From Candidatus Kuenenia stuttgartensis (GTDB taxonomy: Bacteria; Planctomycetota; Brocadiia; Brocadiales; Brocadiaceae), in NCBI RefSeq assembly GCF_900232105.1, contig NZ_LT934425.1, forward strand, positions 1,200,001 through 1,232,000: DNA of 32,000 nucleotides, given 5' to 3'. The notes under the pieces were generated by a model, which was given only the letters and a program-made list of their open reading frames with translations, had not been told where the DNA came from and made no database searches. This document shows positions 8,646-15,024 of the stretch, piece by piece (within the stretch, counting starts at the first letter, position 1; each line of letters starts with the position of its first letter). The translations under genes were made by a program, and so were the position numbers.

Positions 8646-10342
8646 CGCGGCCTTTGGCCGCAACCAAAAAGGTGATTTTTAGTTTATTATAAAGTATAGT
8701 AGTATCCTCGTAAATAGTAATCAGACAATTTGGAGGACACTACTTATGAATAAGTTGATGGAATTATATCGAGACAGGATCGTGGGTGCAATAAGCGGTC
8801 TGGACAGGATTCGTTTTCGCGGGACATTGCGGTGGTTGGCCAGTGAGCGTGGGATGGGAACATTCATGAACCAAGCGAGAATTCTGCTTAAGGATTTTTC
8901 CGGTTGGGTCAATGGGCTTACGGCACAGGTGCGAGACAGTTGTGAATCGCGGGCGAAAGATTTGGGTATCGAGGTGCGGTATTTGATGAGCAGCGGTGTT
9001 GATAAGGAGAAGTTGGCTCGCCAGATCGCGGCGGATAAGAGGATTACGGAAGGTTCCATCTGCCTGTTGAGTGTGGTAGAGCCTTGTATTGCGCCGATGG
9101 TCAAGGGCAACAAGGCCAGCAAGAAGCTCGAGTTGGTAATGGCGCCCCGCAAGTGTGTCTTTGTGTATCATTATTTTAACGATCCAGTGTTTGGTTTTGG
9201 TCATGTTCGTATCCAGAGTTGGGCGCCGTTTAATATTTTCATTTGTCTCAATGGTCGTCATTGGCTGGAGCGGCAACTTCAGAAGCAAGGTATTGATTAT
9301 GTTAAGGACGGCAACTGTTTTGTGCGTATAGAGGATATTGCGGCTGCGCAGGTTCTGCTCCATGAGCAGCTTAAGACTGACTGGGCGAAGCTGCTGAACG
9401 GGCTTGCGTTGGGCAGTTGCCCGGCATTGTCGCAGATTCTTCGTCCGTTGGAACCGGAGTATTACTGGTCTGCGGATGAGACGGAGTGGGCGACGGACAT
9501 CATGTTTAAATCGGTTGAGGCATTGGAGGAGTTGTTTCCATCGTTTGTTCATCATGCGATGCGGGTTTGCGACAGTTCTTCGGTGATGAAGTATTTGGGT
9601 AGGCGTAACCTTGCAGGCGCTGCCCCTGATGAGGTTATCAGCGACTATCGAAGACGCTATGAAGGTATACGGGTCAAGCACAGTGTGAATTATAATTCAG
9701 TGAAGATGTATAACAAGAGCGGTAGTCTCTTGCGTATTGAGACAACGATCAATAATACGCGGGACTTTAAGGTCTTTCGGAGTCCCAATGATGATGAAGG
9801 CAAACCGGCGTCATGGCAGAAGATGCGTAAGGGCGTAAGCGATCTTCATCGACGGTGTGAGGTGAGCCAACAATGCAATGATCGTTATGGGGATGCTTTG
9901 GCGGCGGCTCAGGTAGAGGAGAAACTGAAAGAAGTGGTGAGCAGCGCTTGTAACAAGGTTGTCAAAGAGGGCAAGAGGTATCGAGGTTTGAATCCCTGGC
10001 AGCAGGATGATTACCAGATGCTGATGTTCCTGTCCAAAGGCGAAAACGCGATAAATGGATTCCGCAACCATGATTTGCGTAAGTGGCTTTACCGGGAATC
10101 CGAACAATCCGGCAAGGATCAGCAAAAGAAATATTCCGGACGAACGACCCGACGGATAAAGATGCTGCGGGCACACGGTCTAATCCGCAAAGTTCCGAGG
10201 GCCAACCGCTATGTTTTGACGGAGAAAGGCCAGAAGTTCTCTTGTTCACTGATGACCGCTTCAGCCCTTGATATTAAAGCACTTACGGAAATGGCGGCAT
10301 GAAAAACACGCATAAAAAACAAGAAATTGATGGATAGTAGTA
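8643..10342 (+). mobile_element. 1700-bp single-ORF insertion in higB; no TIR, no TSD; family unknown
   Basis: It lies exactly between two colinear halves of higB. It is visibly GC-richer than higBA, and a hairpin GCGGCC-TTT-GGCCGC sits at 8647-8661 near the left end. Confidence 0.7.
8746..10302 (+). CDS. 518-aa protein of unknown family (putative mobility protein of the insertion); C-terminal winged-helix-like segment
   Basis: A long ORF with GGAGG 9 nt upstream of the ATG. I recognise no DDE/rve, HUH, or Ser/Tyr recombinase motifs. The C-terminus, RTTRRIKMLRAHGLIRKVPRANRYVLTEKG, resembles a wHTH. Confidence 0.7.
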   Translation: MNKLMELYRDRIVGAISGLDRIRFRGTLRWLASERGMGTFMNQARILLKDFSGWVNGLTAQVRDSCESRAKDLGIEVRYLMSSGVDKEKLARQIAADKRITEGSICLLSVVEPCIAPMVKGNKASKKLELVMAPRKCVFVYHYFNDPVFGFGHVRIQSWAPFNIFICLNGRHWLERQLQKQGIDYVKDGNCFVRIEDIAAAQVLLHEQLKTDWAKLLNGLALGSCPALSQILRPLEPEYYWSADETEWATDIMFKSVEALEELFPSFVHHAMRVCDSSSVMKYLGRRNLAGAAPDEVISDYRRRYEGIRVKHSVNYNSVKMYNKSGSLLRIETTINNTRDFKVFRSPNDDEGKPASWQKMRKGVSDLHRRCEVSQQCNDRYGDALAAAQVEEKLKEVVSSACNKVVKEGKRYRGLNPWQQDDYQMLMFLSKGENAINGFRNHDLRKWLYRESEQSGKDQQKKYSGRTTRRIKMLRAHGLIRKVPRANRYVLTEKGQKFSCSLMTASALDIKALTEMAA

Positions 10343-10567
10343 CGAAGGTTTCCTCGTGATATGCAAATGCGCGCATTTGCAAAGCTCAATGCGATTGATG
10401 CAGCCATCCATCTTAAAGATTTGCACCTGCCACCATCAAACCGGTTTGAGGCGTTAAAGGGCGAACGTAAGGAGCAGTATAGCATTCGAATCAATGATAG
10501 ATGGCGTATTTGTTTTGAGTGGCGTAATGGTAACGCAGAAGAGGTCGAAATTGTTGATTATCATTAA
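10343..10567 (+). pseudogene. higB: higB toxin, 3' fragment
   Basis: RRFPRDMQMRAFAKLNAIDAAIHLKDLHLPPSNRFEALKGERKEQYSIRINDRWRICFEWRNGNAEEVEIVDYH is the conserved HigB core and C-terminus. It ends 12 nt before higA. Confidence 0.85.
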
Positions 10568-10579
10568 GGAGGTTACATA

Positions 10580-10894
10580 ATGGCTAAACGTCGTATTACT
10601 CCAGTTCACCCTGGGGTATATCTGAAAGAATTACTCGATGAATTAAAAATATCACAATACCGGCTATCACAGGATTTAGGTGTGCCTGCCATGAGGATCA
10701 ATCATGTGGTACATAGCAAACGTCCGGTAACTGCAGAGCTTGCCTTGCGTTTAGGGCGCTATTTTGGTCAAAGCCCGCGCTATTGGATGAACCTGCAAAG
10801 CCGGTATGATATGGATATTGCCGAAGATGCCTTATTCGAACAGGTAACACGTGAAGTTCGCCCCTTTAACGGTAGATTTATAATTCACAAGTAA
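10580..10894 (+). CDS. higA: HigA-family antitoxin (XRE-type HTH)
   Basis: PVHPGVYLKELLDELKISQYRLSQDLGVPAMRINHVVHSKRPVTAELALRLGRYFGQSPRYWMNLQSRYD is the typical HigA/VapI HTH. The SD AAGGAGG lies upstream. Confidence 0.9.
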   Translation: MAKRRITPVHPGVYLKELLDELKISQYRLSQDLGVPAMRINHVVHSKRPVTAELALRLGRYFGQSPRYWMNLQSRYDMDIAEDALFEQVTREVRPFNGRFIIHK

Positions 10895-10913
10895 ACTTCG
10901 TTCATAGGTCGAA

Positions 10914-11058
10914 ATAGAGGGACACTTCCCATATTTAATTTACACCCGATTCTTTTTCCTTGCGCATACTCTTGCTATTTTTTTGGCATACAGGGCATAC
11001 AGAGGAAAATATCACACCTTAAAGTGCATGTCAAAAAATATGGGAAGTGTCCCTCTAT
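10914..11058. repeat. TIR-bounded repeat element, short (MITE-like) copy, 145 bp
   Basis: Perfect 23-bp terminal inverted repeats, ATAGAGGGACACTTCCCATATTT / AAATATGGGAAGTGTCCCTCTAT. The interior matches 8189-8215 plus 8430-8499 of the long copy, which makes it an internal-deletion derivative. Confidence 0.8.
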
Positions 11059-11260
11059 AAGACCATAAAAGCAGAGGGACAAATATTGCTACCACAAATT
11101 CAATCTTTTTCATACTTTTACGTCCTTTCTGGTGCAGCGCACCATTAGTTTTTCTGTCTGGCGTTTTATTGGGAGTACACTTGTTTGAGACAACATCCTC
11201 TATTTACACAGCGATCCTTTCTGTTTTCTCGCAGCCAATGTATAGTCTCGCGCATGTTGT

Positions 11261-12058
11261 TTATTCGAGGAATTCAATGCGTTTAATATAAGCCTCGGCT
11301 TTTCCTCCACCCTCCGTTGTAGTAGTGTCAACCTCAAGACATAAAGCAGATATTGCAGGAGCTTCTTCTTTGTAATATGTTTGAAACGCACTAGTCAAAT
11401 CAAACTCTGAAATTACCGTTTCATTAAGTTCCGGATTACCTACACAGACAAAACGCCCACTGTCGTGAAAATATTTCCCTTTGTAAGGTATGTTAATTTC
11501 GTCAGCTTCGCCGAGAAACAGGCTTATGAAATAAGGTAAATCCGGTATCATAAAATACCCACTGGACAATTTTTCTGGACCAAAAAATATATATAAACCC
11601 AAAGCCTGATTCCTATTTCCGCTCTCAAAGTTAGCATCATTCGGGTATTTACTGATTCCCCATTCAATGCGCACTTTAGAAACTTTCGGAATAATGACAT
11701 CCTTAAAAACAAGAAAACCTCTGACGGGTTGCTTGGTTTTAATAAACAACATACCCTTCTGAATGGATAATTCAATTTCCGGATGATACTTAGCTGCACC
11801 CTCACAATAAAACCCCTTCGATTCCAACCATTTACGGACAGTACCGCCTGAATAATTCGAAAAATCGATTACATATTTTACCTTCTGAACCTTTTCATTG
11901 TCTTGTTTTTCCAGACTGTTGTCCTTAGCATCCTGCGATGACTCATGGCTCTCAGCTTGTTTATTTTCTTCAGAAGAAACGTTTCCGCTCAAAACAAATA
12001 TTACTATAAATATGAGACTTGCAATAAAACTTTTCATTTTCGTTTCCTTTCCTTTCAT
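11261..12058 (-). CDS. Secreted protein, DUF3047-like (function unknown)
   Basis: Signal peptide MKSFIASLIFIVIFVLSGNVSS; the start may be the ATG at 12037. The body pattern (...IEWGISKYPNDANFESGNRNQALGLYIFF...ISALCLEVDTTTTEGGGKAEAYIKRIEF) resembles DUF3047. Confidence 0.6.
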   Translation of the reverse strand: MKGKETKMKSFIASLIFIVIFVLSGNVSSEENKQAESHESSQDAKDNSLEKQDNEKVQKVKYVIDFSNYSGGTVRKWLESKGFYCEGAAKYHPEIELSIQKGMLFIKTKQPVRGFLVFKDVIIPKVSKVRIEWGISKYPNDANFESGNRNQALGLYIFFGPEKLSSGYFMIPDLPYFISLFLGEADEINIPYKGKYFHDSGRFVCVGNPELNETVISEFDLTSAFQTYYKEEAPAISALCLEVDTTTTEGGGKAEAYIKRIEFLE

Positions 12059-12075
12059 GAAAAATAATGAAAGGA

Positions 12076-12113
12076 GAGAAGTTGGGATTTAACATATACA
12101 TTCCCAACTTCTC
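12076..12113 (-). terminator. Hairpin downstream of the 61-aa lipoprotein gene (possible intrinsic terminator)
   Basis: GAGAAGTTGGGA-N14-TCCCAACTTCTC forms a 12-bp perfect stem. On the minus strand it is followed by the T-rich TCCTTTCATTATTTT. Confidence 0.4.
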
Positions 12114-12168
12114 AACCGTTTAACCTTATAACCTCACGTTTTCAATTATCCAAAACGCATTTGTAGTA

Positions 12169-12354
12169 CTATTTTGCAGCGTCCTGAATTTTCTCACCAG
12201 CCTTTTCGGCCTGTTGCCCGGCTTTTTCTAAGGCCTTATCTAATTCCTTGCCTGCGCTCTCCACCGAACCCTCTTTTTTCTGGCAGCCGGCTAACCCTGC
12301 AATCAGAGCACTTATTGCTAACGCTACCATTACATTCTTGCCAAATTTCATCAT
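12169..12354 (-). CDS. Small lipoprotein (61 aa)
   Basis: Signal peptide with lipobox LAGC (MMKFGKNVMVALAISALIAGLAGC). The mature part is charged and Lys/Glu/Ala-rich. Confidence 0.75.
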   Translation of the reverse strand: MMKFGKNVMVALAISALIAGLAGCQKKEGSVESAGKELDKALEKAGQQAEKAGEKIQDAAK

Positions 12355-12429
12355 TTATATCTCCTTTATTAAATACAAACTATATAAACGGGAGTATGCT
12401 GAGATTTCCCCAACCCATGGGCTACGATT

Positions 12430-13284
12430 TTACCAAAAATTGTTTATATCACTTTCAAGTGTATCAAGGCGTCCGGAAATTTCGCCTTTTTCATCGGAGG
12501 TAAGGGGTTGGCCTTTTATCCGTTGCAAAAATTCCCTTCGGACTTCATCTAATCTCAATTGGAAATCCCTTCCCCGGACACGCGGCAATCTTCCGATCAG
12601 CATCCCATCGTCAATCTTCCTCTGGAGTACGATCATCCAATCCTCGAGCCTTGTCTCATCGATTCTTGAAGGATAGGCACGCACCTTCTTGACCTCCCCT
12701 TCCAGCTCGTTCAGTGTCGCGATAAGGGGATCCCATTCTTTCTGCGTGGTCTTTCTTTCCCTCAGCACCGTATAATCCCTTCGGAGATTATCAAGTTTTG
12801 TCATAAAAGCCTGAGATTCGTTAGGGGTTAATTCACCAGATCCCAACCCATTGCCAATCGTCTGTTGAAGCAAAAACATTCGATCCGAGAATTGTGTCTC
12901 ATCGATTCTTGAAGGATAGGCACGCACCTTCTTGATCTCCCCTTCCAGCTCGTCCAGTTTCGTGATAATGGGATCCCATTCCTTCTGCGTGGTCTTTCTT
13001 TCCCTCAGCACCGTATAATCCCTGCGGAGATTATCAAGTTTTATCAGAAAAGTCTGTGCCTCGTTATGGGTTAACTCACCAGATCCCAACCCATTGCCAA
13101 TCGTCTGCTGAAGCGAAAACATTCGATCCTCGGTTTTCCTTTCGTTTTCAGGCCATCTTTGAGAATGATAAACCAAATCACATTGTACCAGAACGGTCGT
13201 CATCCCCAGAACAATTGCAATAAGTAATATCTTTTTCTTAAAATACCCTCCTTTCAAATATTTCAAATAATCAATTGCCTTCAT
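12430..13284 (-). CDS. Exported/anchored repeat protein, three ~81-aa helical modules (paralogue of 13646-14242)
   Basis: The likely start is the ATG at 13284 (MKAIDYLKY...), with GGAGG 9 nt upstream. A hydrophobic N-terminus ends ..VLVQC. Modules follow DRMF.LQQTIGNGLGSGELT..E.Q.F..KLDNLRRDYTVLRERKTTQKEWDP...L.ELEGE.KKVRAYPSRIDET. Confidence 0.75.
   Translation of the reverse strand: MKAIDYLKYLKGGYFKKKILLIAIVLGMTTVLVQCDLVYHSQRWPENERKTEDRMFSLQQTIGNGLGSGELTHNEAQTFLIKLDNLRRDYTVLRERKTTQKEWDPIITKLDELEGEIKKVRAYPSRIDETQFSDRMFLLQQTIGNGLGSGELTPNESQAFMTKLDNLRRDYTVLRERKTTQKEWDPLIATLNELEGEVKKVRAYPSRIDETRLEDWMIVLQRKIDDGMLIGRLPRVRGRDFQLRLDEVRREFLQRIKGQPLTSDEKGEISGRLDTLESDINNFW
12653..13138. repeat. Intragenic tandem duplication, 2 x 243 bp (81 aa)
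   Basis: 12653-12895 and 12896-13138 align base for base with roughly 90% identity. A third, more diverged unit lies at 12430-12650. Confidence 0.85.
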
Positions 13285-13435
13285 CTTTCTTTTCCTCCTT
13301 TCTGAATTGTACATCGATGTAGATTTTTCAGATTGTTTATTCAGGAAACTGATACTTCAACCATGTATGTTGGGTTTCGTTCCCCGACCCAACCTTATAA
13401 ATTAGGCCTTCGGCAACTTTTCATGGATACTGAAC

Positions 13436-13463
13436 GTAGGGGTTGAAGATTTTCAACCCTTAC
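13436..13463. repeat. REP-like GTAG hairpin
   Basis: GTAGGGGTTGAAGATTTTCAACCCTTAC, with near-perfect 12-bp arms. It is preceded by AAATTAGGCCTTCGGCAACTTTTCATG, which recurs before the next hairpin. Confidence 0.65.
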
Positions 13464-13516
13464 ATTGAAACATTGAAATCCCTTAACGGTAAATTAGGCC
13501 TACGGCGACTTCTCAT

Positions 13517-13543
13517 GTAGAGCGAAGTGGCACTTCGCTCTAC
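13517..13543. repeat. REP-like GTAG hairpin
   Basis: GTAGAGCGAAGTG-G-CACTTCGCTCTAC is a perfect 13-bp stem followed by GCAATTTTGAAATGCTAAAAC. A close relative lies at 29827-29875. Confidence 0.7.
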
Positions 13544-13645
13544 AGCCGCAATTTTGAAATGCTAAAACATCAAGAAAAGTCCCACAGGGTTCGGGCAACA
13601 TAAACGGGAGTCTACCGGGATTTCCCCAACTCATGAGCTACGATT

Positions 13646-14242
13646 TTACAAAGCATTGTTTACATCGCTTTCAAGTAAATCAAGGCGGCTGGAGGTCTCT
13701 CCTTTTTCCTCGGTGGTTAAGGGTCGGTCTTTTATTCGTTGCAAAAATTCCCTTCGTATATCATCTAATCTCAATTGAAAGTCCCTTCCCTGGACACGCC
13801 GCAATCTTCCAATAAGCATCCCATCGTCGAGCCTCCTCTGGAGCACGATCATCCGATCCTCGAGTTTTGTCTCATCGATTCTTGAAGGATAGGCGAGCAC
13901 CACCTTAACCTCCTTCTCCATATCTTCCAGTTTCGTGAGAAGGGGCGCCCATTCCTCTTGCGTAGTCTTTCTTTCTCTCAGCACAGTGTAATCCCTTCGG
14001 AGATTATCAAGTTTTACCACAAATTCCTGAGACGCATCAAGGGTTAATTCACCGGACCCCAACCCCTTGCCAATTTCCTGTTGAAGCAAAAACATTCGAT
14101 CCTCAGTTCTTCTTTCATTTTCCGGCCATCTCTGAGAGACCGAAGCACATTGTACTAGAACGGTCATCATCCCCAGAACAATTACGAGAAGCAGCATTTT
14201 TTTCTTAAAATACCTTACTTGCAAAAAATCAATTACCTTCAT
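13646..14242 (-). CDS. Exported/anchored repeat protein, two ~81-aa modules (paralogue of 12430-13284)
   Basis: It has the same N-terminus (MKVIDFLQVRYFKKKMLLLVIVLGMMTVLVQC), modules, SD and 5'/3' flanks as the upstream paralogue. Confidence 0.8.
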   Translation of the reverse strand: MKVIDFLQVRYFKKKMLLLVIVLGMMTVLVQCASVSQRWPENERRTEDRMFLLQQEIGKGLGSGELTLDASQEFVVKLDNLRRDYTVLRERKTTQEEWAPLLTKLEDMEKEVKVVLAYPSRIDETKLEDRMIVLQRRLDDGMLIGRLRRVQGRDFQLRLDDIRREFLQRIKDRPLTTEEKGETSSRLDLLESDVNNAL

Positions 14243-14466
14243 CTTTTCTTTCCTCCTTTTCTAATTGTACATCGGGATAGACTTCCCAGAATGGTTATTC
14301 AGGGAACTTATACTTCAGACATGCAGGCCTGCGCTTTCAACCCTTGCTATTGTTTATTTATCTTTTGCTTATGCTTATACACGCCTTTCGTTTCTATAGT
14401 ACATTCCTTTCCTTAAAATGATTCGTGACAAATCGTGTCCTTCTCGTTTTCAATCTCCTCCTGCGA

Positions 14467-14625
14467 CTAGCTCCTGCTCAACAAAATCAGGATCAGTACG
14501 ATAATCAGCACCATCCCAAAAACAAAGCCGGGTTTATAACCCCACGACCGACTATATGGCCAGGTTGGGATTACGCCCAAAATGACCAGAATCAGAGCTC
14601 CGATTAATATTGTGCTAAGTGACAT
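14467..14625 (-). CDS. DUF3309-like small membrane protein (52 aa; below the ORF-track cutoff)
   Basis: Hand translation gives MSLSTILIGALILVILGVIPTWPYSRSWGYKPGFVFGMVLIIVLILILLSRS*. The signature is ..P.WPYSR.WGY... The SD GGGAG lies upstream. Confidence 0.7.
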   Translation of the reverse strand: MSLSTILIGALILVILGVIPTWPYSRSWGYKPGFVFGMVLIIVLILILLSRS

Positions 14626-14662
14626 ATTCGTGCTCCCGTTAAAAAATGAAGGTTAAATTAAA

Positions 14663-14735
14663 GTAGGGGCGAAGCATTTGCTATAAATTGTCATAAATGC
14701 GTTCATACCTAAACCGGCAAATGCTTCGTCCCTAC
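14663..14735. repeat. Large GTAG-type inverted repeat (19-bp arms, 35-nt loop)
   Basis: GTAGGGGCGAAGCATTTGC ... GCAAATGCTTCGTCCCTAC, 18/19 complementary. Confidence 0.75.
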
Positions 14736-14837
14736 TTTTTCAAAAAACTAAATTGTTACACAAAATGTGAGTTTTATAAGAATGGCACGGGTAAAACCCG
14801 TTTGCCCATGCCACCCGGCCATATCAATATTAAAAGG

Positions 14838-14985
14838 GGAGCATTCCCGATTTTTGGTTAACTAATTGTACATTGTGACACAAGCATCCTGCTTGTTGTA
14901 TTTTACCCTCAAGCTGGATGCTTGTGGTACTATTCTTCCCCTTCCCCCTGCTAATGGCATTTTTACAAAAAATCGGGAATGCTCC
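14838..14985. repeat. 148-bp MITE-like unit with nested inverted repeats
   Basis: The outer arms GGAGCATTCCCGATTTTT / AAAAATCGGGAATGCTCC are 18 bp and perfect. The inner arms are CACAAGCATCC (14879-14889) / GGATGCTTGTG (14916-14926). Confidence 0.6.
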
Positions 14986-15024
14986 TGTTCAAACTATGTC
15001 CCCCGCTGGCGGGGGTGCAGGGGG

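Noticed and set aside
8721-9681. Minus-strand ORFs of 143 and 305 aa opposite the 518-aa gene
   Set aside because: They are antisense to a longer ORF that has an SD and a coherent sequence. Their Arg/Leu/Pro-rich composition is typical of antisense reading in a GC-richer gene.
10984-11001. Sigma-54-like TGGCAT...GCAT motif inside the TIR repeat (also in the copy near 8450)
   Set aside because: The GG-to-GC spacing is 2 nt shorter than the -24/-12 consensus. The sequence is better described as a tandem 9-mer, GGCATACAG x2.
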